DNA of 64,000 nucleotides, taken from the NCBI RefSeq assembly GCF_964204645.1, contig NC_134036.1:2418001-2482000 (forward strand), read 5' to 3'. The DNA comes from Tubulanus polymorphus. Taxonomy: Eukaryota; Animalia; Nemertea. This document shows, piece by piece, positions 39,442-54,420 of this stretch (its first letter is position 1; every line of letters starts with the position of its first letter). Below the pieces are notes generated by a model. That model ran no database searches. It saw only the letters and a list, made by a program, of their open reading frames with translations, and had not been told where the DNA came from. The translations under genes and the position numbers were made by a program.

Positions 39442-39630
39442 CAGGGGTGGATTCGAGGGGAGGGTACAAAGGGTTCGCAACCCCTCTTAAAGATGTCAAG
39501 TTGCCTAGAATGTTACTGGAAAATGAAAAATATTAAACTCATACCTAAAAAGTTTAAATACATAAGCTTGCCCTATGTACTTCCAACAAACGTTTACCGA
39601 TAAACTTTCTGGACCCTAGATCCGCCCCTG
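39442..39630. mobile_element. MITE with hAT-like termini
   Basis: CAGGGGTGGATTC ... GATCCGCCCCTG; TSD not recognisable. Confidence 0.55.
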
Positions 39631-41544
39631 CCTTCAAGGGGAGCGTTGCCGGATACAACAAATTCTGTAAGTTAAGCACCTGTTATACGCGAAACTGTCA
39701 CACGAGTCGATTTTCTTTAACGAACTGCGTCCAGATGAAAAAACTTGTTTTAGCCGTGACTCTCCTGGCGGAAAACGTCGATATATCAATCTCGTGATTT
39801 CTCTCGACAAAAACAGACGATTCAATTCGATTAAAGCGAATTGAAACGTCGTTAAAATCTACTTAATATCATCTCGTTTCACACATATCGCCTTCACCGT
39901 AACCCTCACGCACGGCCTGAATCCGGCTTGTGACTCTAAACGTGCTCTTATTAAACGTCGAGTGTTGTTGTGTGTCTAGAATCACAGCAGCGGAACTACG
40001 AAAACTGAAAGGCTCGAGTCGAAAAGGGAAGAAGCGGTCATGTCGAAAAATAACACCCAATCATGCAATTGATGAGTGTTGAACTGGGAAAACTGTAAGG
40101 CCATTTCTGTGATGATGCCACAGGCTACTGGCGGGGTGGTACTACCATCGGAGTAAGTATCTTTTGAAAAAAATTACACCGAATGATGAAATTGATGAGT
40201 GTTGAATCAGGAAAACTGTAAGGCCATTTCTGTGATAAAGCGGCCACTGGTGGGGTGGTACAACCCTCGGTGTAAGTATCTTTTGAAAAAACCAATGACA
40301 CCCAATGATGCAATTGATGAGTGTTGAATTTTCGGCAGGTTTTAATGATATCTGTCTGCATGAAAAGGACAACCTCAGTGGGATGGCAAGGGCCCCGAGG
40401 CATAAACCTGTCCCTGAGAAGGTCCTGCTTCAGACAGGGACCCCAATTCATTAATGTCCGCAATAACATCCCTGAGTTTATCTTTTCCTAAATCCGTCCC
40501 AGAATCATGAATCAAAACGGTACGGGTCGTGGATATTCCGTTACTACCACTAATGCTCGCTCTCCTCTCTCTCTCTCTCTCTCTCTCAACAGACGATGAT
40601 GAATTCTAAGCGCATTTCAAAAGTCGCTTATAATGATTTATGGTCGTGATGACGTTTGCGTGGAGGATAATGAAATAGTGCGCTAACGGCGAAATACTGC
40701 AGAGTCGCGAACATCTTCTTACCAGATCCTTTCAATCGTATCAGCACCTTAACAATGATGTCATCAAGAAGTAACATTCCATCGAACACGACTTTGGAAG
40801 AAGCACCTTCTAATCAGGGCTCAGGGGAGAAAACAAAAGGTAGAAGACAGAGGAATGGAGAGGGAGACAATGGAGAATGGTAGGGAGAATGGAGAGAAGG
40901 GAGAATGGAGAAATCTGTCATTGGGAAATGTGTTTACTGAGCACAGCTCTTCAGAGAAGGAGCGAAACAGGACGAGATCGAGTGAATGGTAGATCGGAGG
41001 TTTAAGATGGAGTGTGACAGCACCAGAGAAGAGGCTTGGAGAACCGGAAGGTCAGAACTGATGCAAGATGATGGAATAGGGAGTGTGCCGAGAGACAAAG
41101 ACGTTACTTTCCCCCTCTATCGCGGCTTTGGAAAATCTCAACGGAGAAAGCAACACGGAGAAGACAGAGAGACAAAGATAGGTGGTTATAGATGGGAGTT
41201 TGAAAGTTAGCTGAGGACAGTGGAAGAAAAAGAAGTGGTCCGGCCTCGGAGAAGGAGTCAAGAGAGGTCGGAGGGAAGGACAGGAGAGTGATGGATGTAC
41301 GGAGACTATCAACTGATAATTATGTGCAGATAAAGCAAATACGGATATCGTGACATCTATTCATAAAACACAAATAACAACTGCAGTTCAATCAGAACAG
41401 TTTCCGATACCAGCTGCAACAGCACCATCAGCTGCACCATCAGCTGCACCAGCATCGTCATTATATATATGGAATACCGATAATTCTAATAATCACAGGC
41501 GTATAGATAGATAGACCCAAAGATAATTGAATATCAGCTGTAAA

Positions 41545-41584
<40 letters not shown>

Positions 41585-41912
41585 ATATCGACAATCTGTT
41601 AGTACCGGATTCCCTTGACAGATGGCGCCACTGTTAGATGTATATGCTAACAGCTAACAGCGAACAGTTTGTTACTCGAATAACCCTTTTCGTATGACGA
41701 TTTACAAACTTAAGTGCCTAATATTCTTCCTTAATTTAGTCAATAAGTACATTCACAATAATAATATAACATCGTAAGAACAGAGTATGCGTAGATAGGT
41801 TCTATTTACACAAAAGCACGCGAATTCCTATCAAAAGTGGTGCATATCCTTTCCGATGTTTGCCCAGTGACGGATATGGTGTTAGTTGCTTGGTGTATTA
41901 TATACACATGTA

Positions 41913-42253
41913 CAGTAAAACCTCCCTTAGTGAACACCTCCCTCAGTGAACACCTTTATTTAGTGAACACCTCCCTCAGTGAACACCTCCCTTAGTGAAC
42001 ACCTCCCTCAGTGAACACTTTTCGCCCGGAACCAAATTTTCCCTACTCATTTTCAATTAAACAGAACCTCCATTTAGTGAACACCTCCCTTAGTGAACAC
42101 CTCTATTTAGTGAACACTTTTCGCCCGGAACCAAATTTTCCCTACTCATTTTCAATTAAACAGAACCTCCATTTAGTGAACACCTCTCTTTAGTGAACAG
42201 TGAACACGTTTTCTGGTACCAAATGAGCATTATACCTCTCTATAGTGAACAGT
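41913..42253 (+). mobile_element. pogo/Tigger-like transposon end with reiterated AGTGAACACCT subterminal motifs
   Basis: TA|CAGTAAAACCTC terminus; ~11 AGTGAACA copies and an internal ~100-bp duplication; other end not found. Confidence 0.6.
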
Positions 42254-42357
42254 GGCCCAGAGAGTCAAAATTTGCTAGTAGACTCATTGTTATCAGTATC
42301 TAGTGTACATCATATATGTACATAACTCATGGTCATTAGATGGCTAGTTATCTTTAA

Positions 42358-42638
42358 CCCTTTCAGTGTGTCTACACCGCAGTGCGGTGTACGAATCAGT
42401 GATGGATTTTGCTAGTACACTGCACTGCGGTGTATTGATGTAATCAGTAATTATCTCTCTTGAAAAATGGCAGCATCTGTCAAACATAGTGAAATACTAG
42501 TAACTAACGATACACCGCACCACGGTGTAGACGCACTATAGTGGTATTCCCGTTATTCAACACACTAGGGTGGAATTTTTGTAAATTTTCAAATTATCTC
42601 CAGCACTATAGGGTATTAATTAGTCAGCACTGAAAGGG
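42358..42638. mobile_element. piggyBac-type MITE
   Basis: TTAA|CCCTTTCAGTG ... CACTGAAAGGG|TTAA; internal inverted GTCTACACCG / CGGTGTAGAC. Confidence 0.88.
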
Positions 42639-45600
42639 TTAATAGTGTTTATAGGCAGTACACCTACATGTTTATTAAATTTAGAAAATTCACTGGAAAT
42701 GGTCTGAGAAATGCGCGAAGCACCACAAGGCCATCTACGACGGCCGAGACACGCGTCGTCATGCGATTCGAAATACAACCCGTCATTCGCTCGTGTCTAG
42801 ATGAAAGTAACACGTGGTGGTATTACGCACGAGTGTCGTGTGTCGGCATGGTGAAGAAGCCAACAATACTAGACACACCTTTAGGGAATTGCACGACAAA
42901 CAAACAACTATCTATCTAAAGACACCCTATTGACATTATCAACTAGAGGCGATTTCAACACTTTTTGAAAGGATGGTTGCCCCATTGCTATGGCAAATTG
43001 ATGCAGTAATATAAAACTATCAAAAGAAAATGTCTGCTTTCATAAATCACCTTTTGACGTCATAAAATTGATGTGATCATATTAGATACTTCTAGAAAAG
43101 ATGTCTGCATCCTAAATCCCCCTGTGACATCATCAAATTTATGTGCTGACGGTTCCATAACAGATTTAACTATGGCTACAAGTGATAAGCATCTTGGGTC
43201 GATATTAGAGCATGTAAGGGGGGATTTATGGAGCAGCCATCTTTTCAAGAAGTGTCTACGTCATTACATCAATTCGATGATGTCATAGGTGGATTTACAG
43301 AGGAAGCCATCGCTAGTAAAAGATTCATACAGTCATTATACGGCTCTGATAGATCACAGATATACAGTTCTCAGTTGGTCTCTTCTCTTGTTTCGGTATT
43401 ATACATTCATAGCAATCAAATTGCTAATATAACATGATATTTCAAGGCTGCAACACGTCCGGTATTTATTGCGATACCTGTAGCACCGGGCTTACCAATC
43501 AAACTCTACCCTCCGGAGGAATCTATCAACCCCCTACAGCCAAAATAGAGCTACCTATGAAACACGAGGCTTATTGAGTATTGCAATACCCACAATGGGA
43601 TCTAATGGACAGAATTCCTCCATTCTCTGGGATGAGAAAAGAACGGCAGCTTTATCCAAACCAATGTATAGTAGTCGAATTTATAAGAACTGATGGAAAA
43701 AACCAACTGTCATTGTCGGGATTCAGTTCATTGTCAGGGGTTGAAATTCTCACAGCTACGAAACCACAGAAAGAAACTGAGTTTAAGAATTTTATTGTTG
43801 TTTGTTTTGTATTTTATCTCCTCTAATCTCTGTATATAGCCCGTCATATGCTTTCTGTATTATTAATTTTCAACATAAACACTATTGTTGATGTAATTCT
43901 GTAGGACTACTGAGCGTCTGTTTATGTTAAGACAAACAGTGAAAGAGTGAGACCAATTTCACATATCACAATCCAAACAAGAAATGTCGGTTTTTTTGGA
44001 TAGACGGCAATCATTATTATCATATTTAAATAGAAATGGTCATTGTCAACTGTCATTGTCAATGTCATTTGTCACTACTGCCTTTTTTCACTGCCGTCGC
44101 CGCCATTGTCAACTGTCATTTTCGCTGTCATTAGTCACCTCTGTTGTTGCTGCCGTCTTTTTTTTTCTCCGACATCGTCGTCGGTTTCACCTGTCATTTG
44201 TCACTGTCGTTATTGCTGTCATTCTTATTCTCATTCTCATCGTTTTTCTAGTTTCAAGATTCGATGTATTTCTCTCCTCCCGAGACGGTTACAGTGTCTT
44301 ACACGGTAAGAGACGATCATTTTTCGTTAAGATGTAAATCTCTGTGGAGTTCACGTGCTTTAATTCTACTAAAGCCGTTAAAAGCAATCGTTTGGTTTCA
44401 CTTCAAGTTAAGTTTTTTCGTAAAATCTCGGCGTCGGTTTTCCGAGAAAAGGACACCGCAAAAAAATATCTAATCAGTCTCATTTCTAATGCCAACCCAT
44501 TACAAAATGACGAATTTACCTTCAGATAACTGTAGAAAAGTCGAACGTTGCAAAAAATGTTGCTCAGAAATTCTGTATGTGGACAAATTGATATATGATG
44601 AGTTTTTGTAATGATGGAAATGTTCTGAAATGGGAGACGAACACAAAACAGCAGCAAGAAACAGGAGGGAGAGCGCCGGGTCACGCAACTCTAACTGTTA
44701 GATTTATTAACACATCAATACGGCTTTTCTCTCCACTGTCACTCTCCACTTACCCTCTTCTCTCTCTCCTCTCTCTTCCCTCTCTCCCTCTTCTCTCCTC
44801 CCTCTCTCCCTCACTCTGCTGTCACTCTTCTCTCTCGCTCTCCTCTCACCCTCTCCTCCCTCTCCCTCTATCCCCCTTTTCACTCCTCCCTCACTCCCCT
44901 CTCCCCGCTCAAACAGTTCTATGTCTACATAAATCTCTCCTCTCTTACTAACATCCATGTCTCCCATACTCTCACCCCCCTTCATACGACCTGTTGTACA
45001 AATCGACCAGTAAAACATACGTTAGTACTTTACTCGAGCAACAGAAATATGTGATGCATATTTTGTTTGTTTTTTTCAGCAGATGAGAGGAGGATAGTAA
45101 AATAAAGAATGCTGCTGTCGACCGCTGCAAACTCCGAACAACAAACTGATGCAGCAGAATTTCACTTCACGCTGTAAAAAGAGTCGTAACTACGAACTAG
45201 TTACGCTCGAGGGAGTTGGGTATTTCAACGATGTTTGAAAGACCCCGACGACATGTTTCATGTGTTGTTTTCGAGATGTTAAATCAGATGATATCGATTT
45301 TTCTCTCGGTCTTGAAATCTCCGAGAAAAAAAATGTCGACGGCGCGAGATTGAAAACTTCGCCGAATCGCGTATCGAGCTGCGATGGGCGAAAAAAACTT
45401 TTTCATCTCCCCCGGAGCAATTCGAAAAAGAAGCGTACTACAGTTGTTTAAGTGGGTTGTTTTCACCTCCAGCGTCTCGTACTAAAAATTGTAGCGTGTT
45501 GTTTTTACGCAGATTATCGAAAAAAATTTTGTCGTTGCGAAAAGGGTAATAATTCGCCTCGGTCATTTGCCTCTCCGTATAAACAGGGTCCTTTATATTG

Positions 45601-46227
45601 ATATATCGCGTATTGATATATCATATTAGACTGAACATGTGAGGTAGCAACCACCCGAAATATTTCTACTATCCTAAGAATAAAAAATTTGGTCTTTCAA
45701 AAAATTGTACAATTTTACATTTATCTTTCCCTATCATTTTCTTCGCTTTTTTATCGCTTTAAAATCATTTTGGACGGACTGAAGAAAGTTGGTAGGAACC
45801 ACCTGAAATATCTCTACTTTTTAAATATACTTTTTAAGTGTTTCAACAGTTGTAGGAGTTTAGGGGATAATCCTAGTGTGAAATTTCAAACGGAGCTTGA
45901 GATTGTAATCTTAACTGCTGTTTTATCACATGAACTATTTAATTATTTACTCCACGTCGATCTAAAGCAACATGATTCCCCGGCAAACACCACGCATTTT
46001 GATTTTCACGATACTCTATTTATATCCTGCCGACAAAACTTTCTTCGTCTGAATCCAAAAACCGACATATTGAAATATCAACATCGGATGCCGAAATATG
46101 GAAATATCAACAACGCCGACGATATTTCGATTCAAGACAGACGCGCGAAAATCACAATTGAAATACAAATCGACCAAATCAACTTAGTAAAATAAAAACA
46201 AGTAATAGATTTAAATTAAAAACGAAC

Positions 46228-46830
46228 CTGTTTTTATAACTTGTCCTCAATCTGTCTACGTAAGTCTCGTATTTTATAATCCGCACGTGGTTATAATCCC
46301 CCTTAATCCGCGCGCACGCAAACGTAGATAGATAATCCTCACTATCAAAATATCAATCCTAAATCCTATAAATACGGGTTTCAGTCGTTCTTTTTTTGGC
46401 TCCGATATCAGTTTAGGAAAAATTAAAATCGTCCGAATTCGTAACGAGTTATAATCACTTTTAATCAAGAGATGATGAATTAATCTTTCACGCGCGTCGT
46501 ACAATTAGATCTTAATCCTTGTTTTGAAGCCGATAAAATCTCTTTGAGTAGAAGTTATTGTTAAGTTCGAAGTTTTGAAAGCCGCGCACGACGAGGACGA
46601 GGTATTGTTGTGAGGCGTGTTACACGTGTGTCGCTAACAGACCGACTGATCATCGTCGGCGGCGACCGTCGTCGCTGCTGTTGCTGTTGCTAACAATCGA
46701 TTTGTCGGTTAGTGATTAAACGGTTTGAATCTCGACGAAGCGATGGAGATGAGTGACATGTGAACGGCTGAGACTAGCTCCGCGCCGACGCGTCACGGTC
46801 TCAGCTCCCGCATTCGCGACGCAACGCAAC
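46228..46830 (-). promoter_or_regulatory. Candidate alternative first (non-coding) exon / CpG-rich promoter
   Basis: CpG-rich block ending at minus-strand CAG|gttcgt; same strand as the NPR gene. Inference only. Confidence 0.25.
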
Positions 46831-47792
46831 TCATGGGACTCATGTTAGAAATATAGAACAACTAGCAACTTCAAATACAAAGAATAAAATATTCGTAGAT
46901 TTGTGCAATTTTGAAAATCTAAGAAACCCACGATATCAATTGAGAGAACTTTTACCTGTTTTTTAAGGGTTAAGGTAAGGGTGGCATCTATCCACCCATC
47001 TTCGGAGTTTATTTCAAATTCCAGCTAACAATCTACCATTACAAAAGAACAGTTGTTAAAATTGACGTTTACTTTTAATCTCAAATTGTTGGTTTAATTG
47101 CTATTGGTTACGCCAAAGAGAGCAACAATATTCGAACTTAACTGTTTTAAACTTGAAACTTCTCGTCAAAGAGAACCCTAGAAAAACCTCACTAACCAGT
47201 GGTGGTATCATTGTCTTAATAAAACCTCACTAACCAGTGATGGTGTCATTGTCCTAATAAAACCGTACTCAACAGCAGAAATAAAGACCAATAAAGTCCT
47301 GATCGATGTTCCTTAGGTAAATAACGATCTACTAAAATTCCGACGAGACACCATCGTCCATTAATTAGGGTTACCCGGGATTGGCCGTAGTCGAGAGAGA
47401 CATTAACGATGACCATGACAACAATGGATAAACAAAAATAACCGGGGAAATTAACGGATTCAAAAACACGAAAAGCTTTTCTCATCAAAAGTGCTGTCGA
47501 TGTACGATCAGAAGGTCTCCTCACATTAATTCAAGGTCGGGAAGGTTAATGAATTGTCGCGCGGCCATGTTGGATCAGTGTTTGATGGGTATAGACCACG
47601 TGCCGTGCGTTCGGAATAGAACCTCCATGTCAGCGTAGAGAGTGGTTTTAAACGCATCCAAAGAGTCGTTTTCTTCGATCATCAGCTTTATTATTCTAAA
47701 TCCTACCTTCAAAATGACCATTTAATTCTTGACCCATTTATATTCAAAGAGAGGAAAAATGGCCTTTATTTAGAAAGCAAGTTACATCACAT

Positions 47793-47903
47793 TTGACTGC
47801 CATAGTGGCTATCTTTATATTCGACTGCCATAGTGGCTATCTTTATATTCGACTGCCATAGTGGCTATCTTTATATTCGACTGCCATAGTGGCTATCTTT
47901 ATT
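47793..47903. repeat. 28-bp minisatellite, 4 copies
   Basis: CGACTGCCATAGTGGCTATCTTTATATT. Confidence 0.95.
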
Positions 47904-49745
47904 CTAAATTACGTTTTGTTCATCTAAAATGATCGTTTAAAACTACACGTATATATGGAGAGCAAAGTTGCAGGGTATGATGATATAAAAGAAAAGGTCA
48001 GTGTTGTCGGGGTGCATGCAAACACAAGATAAAGCATAAATTCAAGATGGCTGCCAAGCAGCTACTTCAGATTATAGTCCGAATAAACGGCGCACGACGC
48101 GAAAAAAATATCAAATATCTCCCCGGATGGTCGTAAAACATTAAAGATGGCCGCCGCTCCGGCCGCAGAATTCTTCAATAATAATAAGACAGATTTACGA
48201 AACGGAGCGTAGCATGGACTGCGTCACGGCAAAATAAAACCGCAAACCGCGTCCCTGCATATCCCTAAGTGCCCATACATCGGCGTCCGGACGTCTAGAA
48301 ATCCGCCGCGACAAAAAAACCTATTCGACGGCGTAAATCTTTATTTGGGCGCGCGCGACTGAGCATCGGTCGTTACCGCGGCAACGAGGCGGACATTGTC
48401 TCCTCGTGTAGTCCCCGGTGACACGGTCCGTTGATCAGGTTGTTGATGGCCGGTTGTATCAATTCTGATAACGTATTTATTGTTTCAATGTCGCCGTGAA
48501 ACAAAGAGAAGATTCTCATTAGAAACCGGTCCGTCTGCTAGTAACGTCCGTCTGCTCTTACATATAGACGAGTCATATGAATAAAACAGAAACATTCTGA
48601 CGTTTTACGGTCGGTGTCGGAGTCCATCCTAAACGGCCAGCGATCATGACCTTGACGGCCAGGAAGGACAGCCACAGCGACGGCGGCGTGCGAGACCTTA
48701 AGATAGATTCTTGGAAACTGAAGTCGACGAGTTAGAAATGAAACCCACGCCTCGATCTGTGATCGGATTTAATTAACCACGTCTTTTGCTTTATACATTC
48801 GGAATCAAGCGTGGACAATCAGAAATTGGAAGGATTAAATATCATGGAGGTGCAGAGTCCAGAATAAGTGGTGCAGGTCACAGGCTGAGGTGCACACGGT
48901 TCAGCTGAGAGGAGTGTAGGGTCCAGGTCCAAAGGGATGCGGGGTACAGAGTCCAAGCTGGCGGTGGTGCTGGGTACAAACTGAAGGGGATGAAGGGTTC
49001 AGGCTAAGAGTGGCGTAGAGTCCAGAATAAGTGGTACAGGGCTCAGGCTGAGTGGTACAGGGCCCAAGTTGAGGGTCCAGGGCCCAGGCTGAGAGATGTA
49101 GGGCCCAGGGTAAAGGGTGCAGGGTCCCGGAAGACCATCTTAGTTCTATCGCCAATCTAACAGCTTAACACCAGTCTTAAGACACAAGACAACTTTTGGA
49201 CATAAGTCTCAACTATGGAACCGACCTCAGAATGCGTTGACTTAAATAAAAAGCTATAAAGCTATAAAGCAGTAGCATGGATTATAGTAATCTATTCCAC
49301 AGAGCACGACTGAGTATGATAGAATATAATCAATTTGTGCGCATATTCATAATATCAAACCGCGCGACATCTGTGGAATTTTATTACTGTATTTTATTGG
49401 ATGAAAACCTTTTCTCAACGCGAAGAATGTAACATTGTAACAGTGGCGGAAATCCAAACCGATTTTTATTAAAGCCATTCTCTCTCCCTCCCTACCTCCC
49501 TCTCGCTCTATCTCATTGTGTATACATAGGTTATTGGCAAAACGATATAAACAGGGAATTTCTTGACACTTAATAAAAACACTTCAGACCACGAACGAGA
49601 TTCGAGAATGATAAGCTTTAAAGGAAAAATCTTTAAAGGTCAAATTCTCTTTTGACCCGGGCTGGACCATTTACATTGAGACTTTCCTATATTTGGGAAG
49701 GTCTCTTATATCGAGATTTTTCTAGGGATTCTTATTAAGACCATA

Positions 49746-50279
49746 TCAATATTTGATATTTATGTACGGGATCTATCTCGATATTTGAGATAAATGTACG
49801 GGATCTATCTCAATATTTGATATTAATGTACGGGATCTATCTCAATATTTGATATTAATGTACGGGATCTATCTCAATATTTGATATTAATGTACGGGAT
49901 CTATCTCAATATCTGATATTAATGTACGGGATCTATCTCAATATTTGATATTAATGTACGGGATTTATCTCAATATTTGATATTAATGTACGGGATCTAT
50001 CTCAATATTTGATATTAATGTACGGGATCTATCTCAATATTTGAGATTAATGTACGGGATCTATCTCAATATTTGATATTAATGTACGGGATCTATCTCA
50101 ATATTTGATATTAATGTACGGGATTTATCTCAATATTTGATATTAATGTACGGGATCTATCTCAATATTTGATATTAATGTACGGGATCTATCTCAATAT
50201 TTGATATTAATGTACGGGATCTATCTCAATATTTGATATTAATGTACGGGATCTATCTCAATATTTGAGATTAATGTAC
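49746..50279. repeat. 32-bp minisatellite, ~16.5 copies
   Basis: ATATTTGATATTAATGTACGGGATCTATCTCA. Confidence 0.97.
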
Positions 50280-51234
50280 AGGGCTTTTGGAGGCAGAAAA
50301 ATATATGCTTGAAGGGTCCGGAAATTACAAGATCAATTTAATGGGGTTATTGCGATATAAGCGGGTAAAACTTTTCAAAGGGTCTAAAGCAATTTGTCGA
50401 TTTTTTTTTATTTGATGATGTCATTCATACACAGAGGAACCAATAAGTGTTTATAGCCATAAGAATTTACTGACGTTAATATCAAGACATTTCTAGATAT
50501 GGACAAATTTCTTCAAATCGGTATATATCAGTTTAATGATGTCATAGGGGGATTTTTAAAACCAGCAAAATATTCTATTTGGCTCTACTCGAATTCAATG
50601 ATGTAATAAGTGGAATTAATAAGTGTTTTTACGGCCAAACAAGTAAAATGATGCCCTACTTGGAATTTCTAGATAGCAAGATCCCTTTCTGGAATATTCT
50701 ACACCTAATTAAGTAAACTAAGGGGGCGATGGTGTGGTGTATACCTACCTCCAATAAACTACAGAACCAATAAAACCCTATAGTGCATTGTACGTGATAG
50801 AGAACGACGTTTATTTAGGTGTCGCGTGTATTTTATTACGTTGACCGTACACTCTGGATGTGAGAGCCAGTCCTGATGAGATCCACTTTAAATTGGACAC
50901 ACGTATGACCAGTGACTGTGTACGCAGTGTGTCACCCAGTGACATGCAGGACAGGTCGGGGGGGGGCTAATAAACTATCGGACTATTTACACGTAGAAAA
51001 CGACCAAAAAAAATATAAAAATGGACAAAATGATCTTCACCCTTGTAATTAACTATTTCCAAAATCTTGATGCATTAAATTAGGCAGCCAGAAAAATTCA
51101 CCCCAATCAGTCGCTTGCCAGTTCAGACTGCTTGGAAGATTGTTTAAATGAACCGGAACCGAATTTCCAATTATGTACTTCGATTTAAAAAAGAAAATTC
51201 TGTAAATTAGACCGCCGAGCAAACAACTATATCT

Positions 51235-51380
51235 GTACTTCGATTTCCGATTTCAAAATCAAACCCCCTGTTTCGCTCCCGGCAGGTGTGGTGGGTCTGT
51301 AAGGGACACTCAATCAAAAAATCTAACGAAATTTACAAACCAAATAAACAACAGGGACAATCCCTATTTTAAGATCAAAA
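51235..51380 (+). mobile_element. SINE/retroposon-like 3' fragment (family of 15748)
   Basis: Shared core and A-rich end. Confidence 0.65.
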
Positions 51381-51465
51381 ATATCAAATATTACTCCACA
51401 ATTTCATATTTCGTGTCATAGTGTAGTCTATTCATAGCAAAATGTGATGGTGCAACAATGATCTC

Positions 51466-51570
51466 CAGAATCCAGTTCCACAGTTGTGAGTTAAAGAGTT
51501 AACAATGAGTTAAAATTAGTTCATTTTCAATGAGTTAAATTTTATCTCACAACTGTGGAGCTGGGTCCTG
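51466..51570. mobile_element. MITE (PIF/Harbinger-like), same family as 60831
   Basis: CAGAATCCAGTTCCACAGTTGTGAG / CTCACAACTGTGGAGCTGGGTCCTG. Confidence 0.8.
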
Positions 51571-51617
51571 ATGGACTAAAGAGGTTTGTGGTCATTAGAC
51601 TGACATTGACAGCAAGC

Positions 51618-51690
51618 GGCGCCGTGGCTTAGCGGTTAAAGCGCCTGTCTAGTAAACAGGAGATCCCCGGTTCAAATCCAGGCGGTGCCT
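51618..51690 (+). tRNA. trnT-AGT: tRNA-Thr (AGT), variant with a T-stem C.A mismatch
   Basis: One change (CCAGG for CCGGG) relative to the other copies. Confidence 0.9.
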
Positions 51691-51959
51691 TTTTAATCTT
51701 TTTTTTCCACTTCCATTTAATTGTCTTCAACACTAACTTAAAGAGTGAAATTTTCAGTTTACAGATGTAAGATTTATTACGGAAACAAAGTGGTTGTAAC
51801 TGGTGTAAACTCAAGGATTGACCCGCTGCCTCTATTGTTGATGGCTGTTCTAATCACTAACTCCACTCCCACTAGTCACGCTCTGGTCACTGACCCGCAC
51901 ATGTCACCACCAGATAAAGAACTGACCAGGAGTCTGTCCGAGCTCAAGTGCCCACAAGC

Positions 51960-52032
51960 GGTGCCGTGGCTTAGCGGTTAAAGCGCCTGTCTAGTAAACA
52001 GGAGATCCCCGGTTCAAATCCGGGCGGTGCCT
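51960..52032 (+). tRNA. trnT-AGT: tRNA-Thr (AGT), variant with U3.G70
   Basis: Starts GGTGCCG instead of GGCGCCG; otherwise identical. Confidence 0.9.
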
Positions 52033-52424
52033 GCTAATTTTACAAGAATTATACTCAAATAACCTCCTTTTTTTATATTCTTACATTGTGTCATCTTTAG
52101 TTGATTTTTGATAATAAATATTACTTGTATGAAGCGGATTTGGATTTGATCAATCTTGTCTTCTGATTTGTCGTACAATTTTTTGGATAATAAATATTGA
52201 TTAAGTGATTCTATTTGACTGTAACACACCCACAGAATGTAACAACAACAGCTGCTGCTCGGCTACATTGAGATCAGTTTTAAATGATGTATTGAAACTA
52301 AAATTCAAGATTATATTCAGATGTAAATCATTCTGAAAGATAGAAATCATGCTTCAAGAAAACAAACTTTCAGATATCCTCGAGACAAGCTGTGTATGTG
52401 CTGACACAGAATTAAATCAAACCC

Positions 52425-52750
52425 ACACACAACCACAGTGGAACTGAATCCAGAGACAAACAGAACCACACATCTGTAGAACTGGGTTCAGAGTCAAATT
52501 TAACCCACTCAACTGTGAAACTGGGTTCAGAGTCTAATTAAACCCACAAAACTGTGGAACTGGGTCTAGAGACAAATATCACACAACTGTAGAACTGGGT
52601 TAAGAGTCAAATTTAACCCACTCAACTGTGAAACTGGGTTCAGAGTCAAATTAAACCCACAAAACTGTGGAACTGGGTCTAGAGACAAATATCACACAAC
52701 TGTGGAACTGGATTCAGAGTCAAATTAAACCCAAACAAATATGGAACAAC
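52425..52750. repeat. ~36-40-bp tandem array resembling the MITE terminus
   Basis: CAACTGTGGAACTGGG(T/TT)C..AGAG(A/T)CAAAT units. Confidence 0.85.
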
Positions 52751-54420
52751 TGAATGCAGAATCATATCTATATCTTAGACACCTGACCCATTTAGAATAT
52801 TTGTGAACATAATAATGATTTACTATAATGCGTTCCGGGATGGTACATTTCTAGTCCAGTCCTTTATGTAACCAACATGTAAATGACCACACAATACTAG
52901 TTATAAGAATTCATCTAACACTAGGCTGCTGCTGTCAGCTACACGCACACGTGATAAAGAGAGGTCCCCCGCCGGTGTATAATAGACAGCTCACCGTGTG
53001 TTAGTCAGGTAGAGAGAGACGGACCTATCAGTCCCCTAGTGAGAACCCTACAGAGACTGTTTAATCAGTCAGTTTCTCAAACCTGACGTTGTCACCAATA
53101 ACACTCGGAAATCGAGTTTACAGAAGAATTATTCAATTTGAGAATTCATAAGTTTGAATTAATTACTCAGCCATTAAATCTTATGAATAATGACGTATAT
53201 TAGGGGTAAGTACTATTCCTCTACTAATCATAAAAGTAACGTTGAAAATAATTTCTCAAATTCGCGCGTAACCAATAGTTACCCATCTATAGTTATCTCA
53301 CGGGATTCGAAATAGATATTTGAGATCTTAAATCCCTACAGAAAACATACAATTAATTTTCTTTTACAGCTATCTCATATCATCGGTAGGCTTTTGCAGA
53401 TCTTAAGCCAACTTTATGAATTATGAAAACGATTTTAAAATTTGCACACGATCAATAAAAGGTATATAAAAGTGTAATATTTTTTAAATATTTTAGAATC
53501 TAAGTCGCTATAAAAGGCCTTATTATCTTAAAATCGTAGATAAGCTTCCATGCAACTTTTGTGAATCATGAAAACCAATTCTTAGATATCAAGCATGACC
53601 TAGGATACGTAAAAGAGCATAGTTCTTGGCTCATCCAGTTTTATCGGGACCCACAAAATGTTTCAGGAATTCAAAACCATAAAATCATTTGTTTAGCCTA
53701 AGTATCTTTTTTCCTCAAATGAGATTTTTAAATTTGCCTATGTCAGGGCGTGTATTCAAATAATTTTCTCATTGACCAGACCACTATATCTAAAAATTAC
53801 AATGAAGCTACCAAGAATATTATAAGAATTTTCTATGAATCATCATTTGTTATGTACCGAGTAACATTTTCCTTCTCAAGGAAAAAACTTTGAAAAAATA
53901 ATTCTTAAATTCACGCGCGTAACTTCAAAAACTGTTTATTATGAAATGAAATAAGATTTTTTCCAGAACAATTTAAAAGGGTTAATGCACTGATGTTAAG
54001 TCTAGAACCGTGTAACCCCAATCCCTGCACACACAAAAAATCAACCCCACTCGCATATGAAATAAACATTTGATGTTTTACATATTTGTGCATCCGGAAT
54101 ATTTTCGAAATATTCTATATCCAAATTATTGAAAGCTTTGCCTCTCTTTCCTTTAGATAGCAATGAAGGCTTAAATATCCAAAAATATCCATGCATTCAC
54201 TATTGAAAACATCTTTGAGAATTGAAAGTCTATGAAAGTACAATGGATGAAATACAGTTGTCACAAACAGGAAAAATAGTCGAAAACCTTCTAAGAATTT
54301 TGTGAGATACCCTTAAAAAAGGCGACCGAAATACATTCATATCCTGGGAACCAGTTCGACAAAAATATCAACATTCAAAAATCTAATCCGAGAACTATGA
54401 AACTGGATAAAACAAAAATA

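Noticed and set aside
45689-46195. 168-aa ORF
   Set aside because: TTG start, no motif, AT-rich intron-like composition.
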